NCBI GenBank assembly: GCA_030141605.1
Contig: JAQGDQ010000014.1
Location: forward strand, 992,001 to 1,056,000
Length of the DNA stretch: 64,000 bases
Reading direction: 5' to 3'
DNA from: Tubiluchus corallicola
Taxonomy: Eukaryota > Animalia > Priapulida
The notes below the pieces were generated by a model. The model was not told where the DNA came from, did no database searches, and saw only the letters and a program-made list of their open reading frames with translations. Shown one piece after another: positions 1 through 13,900 of the stretch. Position 1 is the first letter of the stretch. The number at the start of each line of letters is the position of its first letter. A program made the translations under genes and the position numbers.

Positions 1-480
1 GAATAATTTCCTCAGGCGAACTAAAATCGGCCCCAATTTTGTAGAAACAAGTTGCCCGAGTTTGATCGTCAGCTTTTAATGTTTTCTGATTTAATTTCTG
101 AGAAAAGGGATTGCAAAAGGAAAATAAAAATAAAATAAATAAACAATAAACTAAGTAAGCAATGGTGCTTTTGTATACATTGAAAACCAATTCTTTAATA
201 TGTCGCTAAATAAATTGCATCCTTTGTAACTGAATCATTTCAAGTTAAGTATGCTAGTAAGTATGCTTTATAGACTTATTTTTGAAAACAGCTTCTCATA
301 CTTAGTGGTAGCTGGTAAAGAACAAATCGACTTTTGGTTTCTGTAGGTCAAAGGTCAAAGAACGAAAACACTAAAAATGCTAAATCAAACGAAATCTGAA
401 AAGTGTGCTCTCAAACATGCACGTTTTGATTACGTTTTTTTTTGTAATGATTGATGAAATTTTCTTTTGTACGGTTTAGT

Positions 481-1038
481 TGTGAAAGCCATTCCGTTCA
501 GAGGCAAAGGCTAAAGAAATGTTACCCAGATAAAATCCGGAAAACCATGGAAGAACTTTATGGCAGCAAAGGTCTGAGTTCTAATGGAAAACAAAACTCA
601 AGCTCGTTTCAAGGAATGAATCAAGCCCATGGGAACAATGACATCCGTTCCTCGAGTACTTCTCATACCAGCGTTGTCAGAAGCAACAGCTACAGCACAA
701 ACACCGTTAATAACACTCGAAGCAACAGCTTCCATGGTAATCCATCAAACCAAGGTAGCATCTCTAATTCCCGCAGCAGTCACTGTAATTTGTCTAATTA
801 TACAAGTTCAGGTAATGGTCAAGCCAACTGTTCCAGTCACAGGAACGCCGTACATGCCAATTGCTACCATAGAAGCAGCAGTCCGGAAGACAATGAAGAA
901 ACAACCTTGGGCAACCATAACTGCGTTGCTGGTAGCAACGGGAAGCTGAGTTTTGCAGCACTGAAAGCCTCATACAGACGCACAATTAATGGCTATACTG
1001 CAATGAGTTATGATGACGAACATGATTGTTATCATTAG
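481..1038 (+). CDS. Terminal coding exon of an unidentified gene whose upstream exons lie outside the window; Ser/Asn-rich low-complexity C-terminus
   Basis: Pyrimidine-rich acceptor ttttcttttgtacggtttag ends at 480. The frame is open from CESHSVQRQRLKKCYPDKIRKTMEELYG to YDDEHDCYH* at 1038. It is followed by AT-rich UTR-like sequence and AATAAA at 2091-2096. Protein family not recognised. Confidence 0.65.
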   Translation, partial: CESHSVQRQRLKKCYPDKIRKTMEELYGSKGLSSNGKQNSSSFQGMNQAHGNNDIRSSSTSHTSVVRSNSYSTNTVNNTRSNSFHGNPSNQGSISNSRSSHCNLSNYTSSGNGQANCSSHRNAVHANCYHRSSSPEDNEETTLGNHNCVAGSNGKLSFAALKASYRRTINGYTAMSYDDEHDCYH

Positions 1039-2090
1039 AAACTCATCTGACACAAATAATAACTTAAGTCTAGCAAGTGGCAATGATTTTTAAAATCTAT
1101 GTCTTATTATTTAAATTAATTGAGAAAATGCTAGATTGTCAATAATACTTTTATCTGTTATATGTGTAATAACTCGAATTTGATAGTTTTAAGCGATATG
1201 TTACTGGTCAAATTATTTTGGAAAATACTATCTTCCCTGTTAAATTCTAATCTAATTTTACATGTAACAACTCGAGTTTGATCACTTTTGTTGGCAACAA
1301 ATTACAAAGCAATAGAACAGCTAAAGAGAAGATGATGATGAAAAGAAGCTAGGGCAGTTGTGAAATGTGATGAAACTGTAACGAGTTATGCAAACAAACT
1401 TACACTTCTTTTAACATCAAAGAGTAGGCAGATTTTGTAATTTTATGTATTTGGTTCTTGGAGACCTTGAGACCTGAAGTCTTAAGCTTTAATGACAGGT
1501 GGTAGAATCCAGCACGTCATAAATTTCAATGGCTCCATCTTGGCCCCTAACAGTGGGTGGAATAGACAGGACCAAAACATAAAATATGAGATAGAAATTT
1601 CCAGCTTCAGAGACAAAATAGCTGAAGGCAGTACGGCAGATGAAAGTGCCAAAAATCATTTCCCACTGGTCACCTACCCACGTACTAACCTTATTAGGTG
1701 CACTCTACATTCAAAGTCTAGCACATAGGTGACCACTCAGCTAATTTCTTCAACGTTCACCTTGAAACTTACTTATTTTAGGAATGTTTTTAAATACATG
1801 TGAAAATACTTAGTTGCCAATTAAATACATTGTATATAGGTTGTATATTATAGTATTTGGGTAGAAATACATTTTCTTTATTTTGCAAAAAAAAAGATTT
1901 ATGTATGTATACACATCATTTTCACATGTTTGGTCAACATTACATTTGGTTAGCAGTCCTGGTCATATTTTGTAAACTGTACTCAAGTCCTGTGAATGTA
2001 AAATGTATAGCATAAAGGCTGTTTGATTTGTAGCATGTTTTTGTTTTTGTTATTAAAGTAAGGCTTTCTATTTGTTAATGACAAAGGAAC

Positions 2091-2126
2091 AATAAAGAAA
2101 GATATTACGTTCATGAATGCTTTATT
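2091..2126. terminator. Opposed poly(A) signals of two convergent genes
   Basis: AATAAA on + at 2091-2096 and TTTATT (AATAAA on -) at 2121-2126, lying between the + gene stop (1038) and the COQ6 stop (3228). Confidence 0.4.
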
Positions 2127-3227
2127 TTACAATATAACATTGTGTCGTATCTATAATCTTGATTTCATCTTAATTTAGAGTTATCAAATACAATTTAACA
2201 CAAGTACAAATCTGTCACTAAAATTAAAATTATGCAAGCAAGCACAATAATTTTGTTCTAGCTTTTGATGCGTACTTTTGGAAGCATTACCTTCACTGAA
2301 AATTTTGCTGAGCAAGCAACTAAAAATCTTTGCCACAGGCTCTTATTTACCCTGCTTAACTAATGGGGAAAATTAGACTATTGTGTCATTGCCTTAATAA
2401 ATTTCAGCACTGTCTGACTTGTAATGATTGAGCAAAACCTTGGTAATACATGCTCTCACGTTGTCATCATTAAGCTCTTTGTGAATTGACATAATTAAAT
2501 TGCCTTACTATATAATGCGAAAAGGTAACAGTTTCATTCATAATTGATATCTCATTATCATCCCCATAAAGCACAGCAATATCTGTTATATTGCTAGTCA
2601 TAAAATTGGGATGATTATTGCATTGATTAATAGTGTTCTGAATGATAAGCAGAACCAGACACAATTAACACACACAAGCAGAACTAGGCACTTAAATTTT
2701 TTAACAAAATACGTAAGAGTAGCCAAAATAAGGTGGCCTGTTAAAAGCATGAACAACTCTTAGAAGTTCAGTTATGAGCATTAAGTTTAAATATAACTTT
2801 AGGCTTAAGTTTATACAAGCTTAACACCTTTCAGCAACCGAAATGGTGTTCGTCAAACCAGGCCATTTTGTAATGACCAGACCATTACATATAAACTATC
2901 AAAATTGTAATGGAAGTTTTAAAGCTACAAAGTGAAAATGTTGACTTTCCTTAATAAAAATTCCCAAATAATTTAAAATGACTTCTGTGTATTATGTACA
3001 ATGAGATTATTTTACTTTTATAAACAGCACGCTACAGGATTTACTTTCTGTCTTGCAAATGAACAAATCTTATTGTTATGTTTTCTGGAAGCTATTTTAG
3101 CCTGTAGCAAACAGCACACGCTTCATACTTTAAGATCCATAATCTTTGTGGATATTACTATGACATTTTCAAAATCATAGCTACTCAACATGATCACTAA
3201 TGATGCTGCAAATTTTCATGTGCTGCA

Positions 3228-6200
3228 TCACACTGCTCTTGAACCCTGAGATACTATCCAATCCTGAAACAAAGGAATCAGACGGACTAAAAAAATAACA
3301 AATCATAACATACATTATGCAGCTGTAAAAAATTTCAAGCTTTGATCTTATTTGAGTAACAGCACAGTATAACATAAACGAAGTCAAAGTGATGTATGAT
3401 TTTAACCAATTGCCCAGGAACAACAGATGATAATATCATCTTATGATAATCACTTCTTTGACTAAAGAGAAATATTCTGTTTAGCAGTGATGAAATGGAA
3501 GGCTCAATGGAAATAAACGAAGACTTGAAAAAAATCTCAGTAAACTTAGCATCAAGGTGACATCTGTTTACCTTTCCTACACTTTTTCAAGTTTACAAAT
3601 GTTCATGATGTTAAATGTACCTTCTCAAACTTTGACAAAATACCTTACCTTTACAGGTTTCACAGCGTCAGTTACTTGAAGTCCTAAGCTGCGTAAAAGC
3701 ACTACAGGAGTAAGATCTGTACAGTATAATCTATTGAGCATATCTGTGACGGCCATAGATGGCGCAACGCGTATATGTCTCGATCGCTCATAGTCTTTTA
3801 AATGCGAAAGATCACCTGTGAAATAATATCCTCTTCAGAACAGAGTAGATTAAACCATAGGTCTTATTGCCTCATTAATTTCTGTTTTATTTCTACAAAC
3901 CTTGTCTTAAATATTGTCTAAATTTTATACAGTGGAAACTAACCAAACTCTGGTGTTAGTTAAAAACAGAAATAGCAAAAACATTGACAACTTTCTGAAA
4001 TAAGAATTCTTAGTTTGTGCAAGTTGCAAGTATTTGGTGTATAACAAACTTGTGTTCTTTTTTAAGCATTTGGAAAACAGCTCCAAATTTAGCAGCTAAT
4101 CAGCAATTTAAGACAGTACATTAAGGCACATTTTACGTTCGTTAAGGTACATTTGATGTTCCACAAAAAATGTTTCACATTAAATTTATGACGATGTATT
4201 ACCTCATACCTATATCACACCCATCATATTTTGCTGTGACAAGAGTGTCCCGCAAGCAAGCAACATCACCAAATCCCAGGTTAACTCCTTGGCCAGCAAG
4301 AGGGTGTACTCGGTGTGCAGCATCCCTTTCAATAAAAACATACATTTTTGACAGTAGGAAAAATGGAAACTGAACTAGTGATATCTCACTGTGACAAATG
4401 AGCATATTAAATAAACATATCAAATATATATATAAACAAAATATCTGCCAAAGTAAAGTACACATTACAGTTGTGTAATATGGATAAGAATCTGTCTTTC
4501 TATCAGTCAGAGGGTTTTTAAACCACATGCCACTTATCAACATAAAGCTTGGAAAAACTATTAATAAATGGTAAGCTGAGTAAAAGTGACAATTCCACAT
4601 TCATCAGGTAAAACTATGGGAAATTTGCTGCAAGCATAAACAGCAAATTAATAATTCTCGGAAAATTTCATTAAACTAAAAAAATAAAAATGAGCACTTT
4701 CACAAAGAGTAACCTTGCGACCTTAAAGGCAGGTTTAAGTCGACCTTGCGATGCAATGCAACTAACAGCAACTGGCTGCATACAGTACGTCGCTAGTTTC
4801 GAGTATATCCAGTCGACATAAACAAGCTTACGATGCAACTCAATGGATTGCATCTCAGTTCCAGCGAGTTGCTCATGTTCTAGTTCTACTCATGGCATAC
4901 AATATCCACTCTGTTTTAACTTTAGCATTGTTCAATGATGGTCGTGGCCTGGACACATAGTCTGGTCATTTGCATATGCTCAGTCGTTATTGACCTGAGC
5001 AGTGTGCAACTAGCGGGAACTCGTATCGTCTTAGTTGCTGGAAATCAGTCACAGAAGACCCGAGGGTGTCTATGGCAGTTTCCTGTCAGTTAAAACAAGT
5101 TGCATCACAAGGTCGACCCAAGCTCGGCCTAACTCTCCAACTGCAAAACATTTCTTCTTACCCTATAAGAGCAACTCTTGGAGCAACGTAATTGACAGCA
5201 TAGCCAAGACCAAGTGGAAACGCAGCCCGGCTATCTTCATCGATACCCACGATATGAGGTGGAAGCTGACGAAATGATGAACCACCTGTATTACGAATTC
5301 TTACTTTACCCTTGAAATAGTATGTGACAAGAAACCATTTAGATGTAATCATGTTCTTAAAGAGCACACATTATAGAGTATAATGCTTCTCTAAACATTT
5401 CATACTTAAAGCTAAAAAACTTAAAAGAATACTGCTATTAATAAAAATTTGCTACCGAAGGAAGAGGCATATGCATTCAAACATGGCTAAGTTACTTTTG
5501 CCAGTTTAATGCCTGAACTTAATCCTTGCCGCAACCATCTACACAAACATGCTGTGCTGTACAGTTTTGAATCACAGTTTGCAGAAAGTGAAGTTTTGTA
5601 GAAGAAACCCACAGAGTAAATTCAGTCATTAGTAAATAATTATAAAAATAATAATACTCGTGATGGGTTCTTAAGCGCTACTGTTTCACCATGAAGCACA
5701 AATTAGACAATAACAAGAACATATTTTTGAAACGCTTTCAGTTAGTGCCTTTATAATGCACAGCACTTAACGCAGGCAAACTCAAAAAATAATAACCACT
5801 CATATCAATTTAGGCGTACACATTTTCGAAACTGCTATTGTGGAAAAACGTTTAAAGTTTCCAAATATTTAGCAATTATTTTAAACTAGGCATGAGTAAA
5901 TAAAAACATTTAAATTTTAAGTGACGTTACCTGGTTTAACAAATGAAATGACATCATTCAACCGGCTCAATGCACTTCTTACCACCTCATCCTTGTGACT
6001 ATCATCCCACTTTAAGAAATAAATAAAAGTAAAAAGTTATTTTATACACTATCTCAACTTTGCACCAAACAGAGAAATGAGAAGTTTTTCACAATCATTG
6101 CAAAGCCTATCAGTTTCGGTAACATCCTTGGCTATAAATTATTTTTCTGCAGTGTCTAATGAAGAAAGGCTGATTAAAAATGTCTTTAGACTTAAGTAAA

Positions 6201-7934
6201 CATGTATTGCCAACTACCACTAATGAAAAATTTTGTTTTCTTTAAAGCTCTACTAATTAACTCCTGTAAACACTCTCAGTTCACAATGAGATAACTTAAC
6301 AAAATTGCATTTCACAACTGCTTAATTTTTACCACTGCAGGTTTCAAGTCAAACATGCTTTATGATATATTTGATACTTTTAAGTACAGAATGGCACCAT
6401 GCTTGTTCTGTTCGGATCTGTGTTCTCAAAGTAAATTCTTCAATATGAGACAAGAACACCCTATGATATTTTAGCTACATTTGGAATAGACAATTGAGGT
6501 ACATCTTCTCTCAGCAAGGTAAACAATTAAACCATATAACCAATTGGTTTGGTTTCTTGGCTGTCAGACACTCATTTACTAACCATTAACCAACCCTGTT
6601 GCTGTTTAATTATTGTAACAAATACCACTGTGGCCTCCTAAAAGCAATGTTGGTAAACATAATAATTATTACCATTGCTTTGCAACACATTCCATAATTT
6701 ATTACAGACAGGTATTTGAGAAACTCAATAACAAGATCAAAAAATAAACTCAATTTTAATGCATTTAGATGAATGTTTATAAATTAAACTTAAGATGATA
6801 TCCCCTCCTACACATAGTTTCTTGTATTTGCCCTTGTATTATGGAAACATAGATCAGCAGTTCAAATTTAATGTAGGGGAGTTCAACTCTCAGACAACTG
6901 GACACAAGTCTAGTTACATTGTAACAAAATTGTCACTACTCAACAACTTCAATTTTATTACTAATATATTACGTTCAAATGTTTTTCACAAACTAACTGG
7001 CAGGAATAATGGTACAGATGTGCAGAATAAAACAGTTCACTTAATGAGATAAACAATGATGACTTATGAGTTATCAAGATCATTAAATGGTGCATCTCTA
7101 GATATACTACATTTAACATCACTTGGGATTATACACATAATCATAACAGTTACAATAATTAGCCCAATAGACAATTAACTAAATGAGGTGCTGAAAAATT
7201 GTAAGTCAGTCAATATGGTTTGAGATTTCTGATGCCCACCTACCCATGCCCTCACCAAGGAAGACATTTATATACACTTACCAGGGCTGCATTTAGTGTG
7301 TCTACAAACTCTTCACTTGATTGATTAACAAGCTTTTTAGCAGTTTCAGGAGGCAGGGTCCACACTAGAGAACTGGAACTACCAGTTAACTGTAAAAACA
7401 GACTTATTTATACTGTGATCATAATCAGTGAAAACCTTCACAGTGTGCCAAATATGATGTATGATTCATAGCAGCAGTCTGAATTAGTAAATGTGTAAGC
7501 AACAAAAGTCACATGATAACTCATATACTTATTGCGCAACACTACAAGAAAAGACACATAACGTTCATTAACAAAGAAATCATAACTGTATGGTGTTGAG
7601 CAGGTTAATTACTGCTAGTAAACATAGTAAGAAATTACATACAGGCAATAATGCTATAGGACCAGATGGAAGAAACCTCTGCCAAGCCACATTATTTTCT
7701 GTTTCCTGTAACAAAATAATATCATTCTTAATGAAATGTCATTAAATACCATTCCAAAAAAAAATTCCCTAAGTTGGACTTCTAACTGAATAAAGTTGAA
7801 ACCAAAATGCAAAGAGAGATCTTGTGACATATCTTGTAACTTTTATTCTTCGAAAAATGATTTTTAGGGAATGTCAGACTATTTAAAGTGTATGTGATAA
7901 ATTAGCACAAACGTATTGCGCTGATCTTGCTATG

Positions 7935-7982
<48 letters not shown>

Positions 7983-10900
7983 CTTTCTTCACATTTAAAG
8001 TAAGTACTATAAACTGAAAAAAGTGTGAGCTAATTTTTTGCAAATGGACCAACACACCATTCCAAGTAAATTGCACAAGGTTTAAAAAGGTTTAAAATTT
8101 AGGGCTTCATTTCACAACAAGGCAATTGCTAAATAATGTGCTAAGTTGTAATAATAATATTATTGCATGTACTTACCAGCATGTAACCCTACAAGAACCC
8201 ACATGCCTATCACAGCCAGTTGCCACATGTGTTACTTGGCAGACAATATTATGTGTAGTAGCTTAAGTTACAAAGGGTGGGTAAAACTAATTTTATTATC
8301 ATACTAGCTAAGTCCACCTGCATTGCAGATGTCATTCTGGTCACAATTTTGTTTTTTTGGATAAAGTGGCGATGTCAGAATTCAGAATGCCCAAAACTCC
8401 TAACAAGACATATTGGACTATTTTGGACACCATTTTGGTTACATTAGGGAGGAAGGAAGGGTTGGCTTAAACTGAAATTAGTCTGAAGCCTTCCTAGGGC
8501 CATGCTGGTTCCACATTTGGGGCTGAGCATATATAAATAACACACAGACAGATTGTAAATATATATTATATATAATTACTAATACATATTTACATATATA
8601 GATAAATAAATCAACTGATTGCCAGTTGCCCCTAACATAACAGTCCTAGAATAAAACAAGACAAAACTTATATACCAACTAATATTAACTTTATTACATG
8701 CACTGTAATTTCCTTCAAAAAGTATTTAACTGTGCTTTCTCACATAAACATACTTAAAAAATTAACAAACCTCGGCAAAATGCAAAGTGGCTACAAGACC
8801 CATCTGATCATACTCCCAAGATATATACCTCACATTCACTGTTTTTCTTACTAAGGAATTTATGCCATCTGCACCTATCTGAAAAAACAAAATATTATAA
8901 GCAAAGAGAACTTGGAATTCACACAAACTTGAAACACTGTCTCCAACAGATCTGTGTGTGCTTATAACCAGTTTATTGCCAAGTGAAAAATATAAATTCT
9001 CTCACTATTAAAGGTGCAACGATTGAATATACTGATTATTAATGAGCTAATGATGACATGATGTTTTAAAAAATAAAAACACAAAAAACAGCTATAGCTG
9101 GATGTCAATTTAGAAAAGTGACTCATTGCCTATGTTCAAAATATGACAAAGCAAACTCACCACTAGTCGTGTTTTAATCCGTCTTCCATCATCTAGGTGA
9201 ACAGTTACCAGAGGTTTCTCAAAGTGCTTCTGCTCTTCTGGTTTTGGAAAGTCGAAATGTTGCACTTTAGCATTGTAAAGCACCTAGCAAATGTCTCATA
9301 CATGAGAAAACGCGCACATACGTGAATGCCAATGCTAAAGAGAACTAAATTTCATAAACCAAAAAGTAGTCTTCGTTTAATTTAAAAACAAAATCTAATT
9401 TCTCTCAGTACAGCATTCCAGATAGCAGATGAGAGTTAGGTTCTGGTATCAGGCTACTATTATAGACCACTTGATTTGTTCTGCTTATCATCTATAATCA
9501 ACCCTAGCTCATATAAATTTAAGCCACCGTCATTTTGAAACGGATCCTAACGAAAATTTATGAAACGTTATTAAAATTTGTTCATCATCGACCAAAGCAT
9601 TTCAAAGTAACAATGCAACATCACAATTCAAAGGAGGCGTCACAGTCGAAAGCTCAATTGTTTTGTAAAGGAGCATCAAAAACAGTACACGAATGCATTC
9701 TACATCAACTGACCACGCCGATGTGGTGGAAATGACATCACATTTTCAACAGAGGCAATCTTGCCTTTTGCATGATAAGGAAAAGGCAAGTATATTTGTT
9801 ACATTAGGCAATGTAAAAATTAGCTTTTAAGGTTTATACCAAGAGTTTAACACTGTGGTCCATGCACTTTAAAGCACTGTATGCAAAGTATTCCATCTGT
9901 GGCTTTTGGTACAATGGATTCTGTGACCATCCATCCTAACATTCATGTGTGCCAGCAATGCTTAACTTTTCAAACAGATTTAGAAAAAAGTAAACTGCGA
10001 GCATGGTCATGTCATATCTCTGTTCTTCTTACCTCCACATTTGACAATCGCTCTTGTAGCTGGGACAGTTTCTGCATAATAGCTGTCAATATGACATTGT
10101 TCTCTACTATGTACGCCAAATCTTCAGTCATGTTCTTGTTGTCAAATGTAAGTAATGCGTCTGAGCATGATTCCCAAACCTTATAAAAGAATGAAAAATA
10201 GCTGCATATCACTATGCAAAAGACTGCAAGAAAAATAATAAGACGTCTGACATTCAGCAAATTGTCACTATTATTGTCATTACATGTGATGAATTTTATA
10301 TTTTAATTAAGGCACCATTTCTTCCAACACATAAGCACCAGACCTTCTGCGCTCAAAACAATAAAAGCTGCGTGGGTTCGCTAATTTCCACAGGTTTAAA
10401 AATTACATACAATCACCCACTTGTATCACTCATTTAATTTCTTAGTAACTCATTCTTTTCTTTTCCATTATCACTTGCCCTTTTCATACTTTTCTCTCTC
10501 ATTTTCAATTTTTAGTAAAATAATTTTCATTTATTCAGTACCTGGTTAATTATAAAATTGACCAGACAGAACCTTTAACAAGCTTTATCTTTTTGTCACT
10601 GCCTAGTACACTCAGTTTTTTATAACGACACTGTACTACTAGATCATTAACTATTACTAGGTACCATATGGTTTGTGTCTCAATAAATGTTCTAAGGAAA
10701 TTAATAGGAATACCTACATCACCACAACAGCTGCTGCACATGTATAAGTTTGTGAAAGCATACACTACGTACACTACTAATACCAGGTGAAGAGAAACTG
10801 GAAAATTTTTAACACTTTTGATGTGGATATTAACCTAGATGTAATCGTTTTTTCCTTCCTCCATTAATAAAAAGCCAATTCCTTCTCCGGCATATGGGAT

Positions 10901-13900
10901 ACAAAAAACTCGCAGTTTTAATTTGAGATCTCTACAATTTGTACCCAAACTAACTAAAACTTATTCAGACCATATTCACTTTGCTCAAGAGAATGCAATA
11001 TCTATAAGGAATTGTTACACCAACATGAAAGGGCTTACTTGCATTTTTCGAATAGCTTTTCTTCTCATGTTACAAATCAACTCCCATGCACCAAAAGCTA
11101 CAAAAAACAATTCATTAGCTGAATAAACTTGAAAAAACTAAGAAAACTTCACTGGCTATCAATTATTTTTCTAGTATTTTGTCAACTTGTCAACATAATA
11201 GTGTTTACACAGATAGCAAAAATCAGACTTGGGTACCCGATTGTTAAGATTCAGCGGCAGAAAAGGAATTGCATAATTATTTATATTCATAAATAAAAAC
11301 AACCATGTATTTTAACTAACTGTTAACAACAAGCATTCAGTTGTTACTTGCTGAGGGCTTAAACACATGAACTGTGAGTTGTGAAAGTTAGTGTTTTCCC
11401 ACACAAGGCATTTGACTGAGTTTTTATCTGCCAGACTTCTTAATTGCTTAATTGCATGCTTTACGAATGAGTCAGGTATGTCAGCCTAGGCACCGTGCTG
11501 AGCACTATTAACACAGCGTAGGGATTAGGAGAATAAAATAATCTATATTATCCTTATTGTGTACTATTAAACTTGGCAATCCATTTACTGGTATCTTTGT
11601 TAGTGGCCTGAAACAGATTTTTAAAGGTTAATAAACAAGTTTATTTGGATAATTAACTAATTGGTAAAGAAATCGCAGTTTGTTTTTTGTAAGTAACCCC
11701 TACTGCAAAGCTGATTTGGTCTGCAATCTCTCTCCTGGCTGTTAACCTGGCGTGTTGCCTACTGTTAACCTGGCATGCTGCCTACTGTTAACCTGGCATG
11801 CTGCCTATGCAGCAGTTAATAGTCTGCTAGTAGGTACCTACTGTGAAAGTACACAGCTGAAGGTGGCATTTTAAATTCTCTAAAAATTGACATCGTATTG
11901 CAAATAATATCTGCATTTTCATTTTTAGAACCGGGTAGAAATATTAGGCTCAGGTAATAAACAATATGGGTAATTAATCGGATGTCCGATGGAAACACTG
12001 TTGTTGTTGTTGGCATCCTTCTGTCTCAGACGACAATGGAGTGTGCACCAAGAGAGTCAGTCATTGATCACATTGATGGAGCTGAAGCGTCGATTGTGAC
12101 TGAGCAATCCAATCCACGAACCACTGGAGTGGCCTCTCCAGGGCGCAAGCCTGGGCAAGGTGTATGGAGATCCTGAGTTGCCCAGACAACAGCAACTCCC
12201 TCTCTTCCTCCCTGGTGTAGTCCAAAGGAAAGCACAGTGATGTGTTTGGCACCAGGTTGGCTGCAGGAGCTGCCGGAGTCAGTGAGCATGCTGCACTGGT
12301 AAGCCTTCGAGGCTCCACTCCTGATTTGGAAGGTTTACTCCTCTATACATGGCCGTTGGCCTCGTCCGCCCTCTAGCCGTTGGCTGCTTGTGCAGCTCCT
12401 CCGCCTAGTGTCGAGATATAGTGTGGGCATCCCGTAAGCCTACAGCACCTGGTATTCCTAGGTGGTCACCCATCCAAGCACTACCCAGGCTCTACGTTGC
12501 TTAACTTCGGTGATCAGACGAGAACCGGTGTTTTCAACGTGATTTGGCCGTAGACAGGCAGATGGAAACACTACAAACGTAAAATAAAAAGTAAAACTTA
12601 CAGTCTAGTAATTCGCGGGTTCCCTGCGTTAAGGTACACACACGGTTACCATACTGCTGAGGCAAACTAGATGTATAGGCTTTGCATGGTCCGGCCTCTA
12701 ACAGAAGAATCTTGCTATCACAAAACACATTTGCACTGCCTGTAAGTTTTACAAAAACAGCAATGAATACATTCAAATATTAAAAAGACAACTTAGTTGT
12801 CATCATATTTCTTGAACTCTTGTGTGTGTTGTCTCACCATAATAAACCCAAATTAAAATTTGAAATATAAACATAATGGAAACGTGCTGTTACTGTCACT
12901 TTGTGGCAATTCTTGGTAACTGATTTGTCTGCGTAAACCACCCCACAGTTGTCCAGTAATAACTGGATGGAGTGGTTGTGTTTGACTGCTGCTCTGAGGT
13001 GTAGTTGAGCGGAACGAATTGATCTATTTCATGTGTACTACTATTACAATTAATTATAGAATACAGAATGCGAAAAGTTATTAGCATCTGAAAAATTGCT
13101 TTTGCTGATATGAGATATTAGTATTAATTCATATTTTTGATACTGTGGAATCTGTCATAATGCCAGTGGATAAAGCTCTTCGTTGAAGATTCCCGTACTG
13201 AGAGTGAGCATATAACACTGACGGACATTACAAGACAATTAAACGAAATCAGCAGTAAAATGGCTACAAAATCGGATATAGAGCAGATTTCAGTACACCT
13301 AGGAGCCCTAGAAACTTCTGTCAATAGTGTAATGTACAAATTGCTACAGTGGAAAACAGGTGCAGCAATCTTGAAACGAAAGTTGGTATGTTTGAGAAAG
13401 ATTATAGCACTTCCTTCCTAAACTTAGAGTGTTATTAAAGGTAGCTTAATTTTAGAATCACCGGCATGGCTCAGAAAGAAGATGAAGACACTTTTAAGCT
13501 TGTTTGCCAGTGGTTATCGTGGAATCTTGGACTACACAACGCTGATGAGATCATAGAAACTGCTCATCGTTTACAAGGGAAATCGAATAAAAGACCCATT
13601 ATGGTCCGGTGTTATAGTCACCACAAAAAGTAGGACATAATCCAGAAATCCATGGAAATTCAAAACAAAAATGACAGTGCTGTGTACTTCACTGACAACC
13701 TGACCAAACAGGACTATGAGAAGAAGAACGAACTAAGGCCAATTATGGAAAAAGCGCACAAATACGGCAAAAGAGTGAAATTCGCTAGTGCAACGGGCAA
13801 GTTATACATTGATGGTAAAGAACACCTGGACTAAGAGTACTTTCTATCTTCCACGGTAAAGTTGTTTATTATAAAGTAAACTTATTAAACGCAGTACGAG

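Noticed and set aside
3018-3101. Alternative COQ6 last exon (AKIASRKHNNKICSFARQ...)
   Set aside because: The exon at 3228-3263 is closer, has a better polypyrimidine acceptor and gives the short C-terminus typical of COQ6. Not fully excluded without RNA data.
11982-12318. Short ORFs in GC-rich intron sequence
   Set aside because: They fall inside the SINE body and show no protein motifs.
12436-12555. Functional stand-alone 5S rRNA gene
   Set aside because: No oligo-T terminator and no tandem array. It is fused to a retroposon body and enclosed by a TSD, so it is treated as a SINE head.
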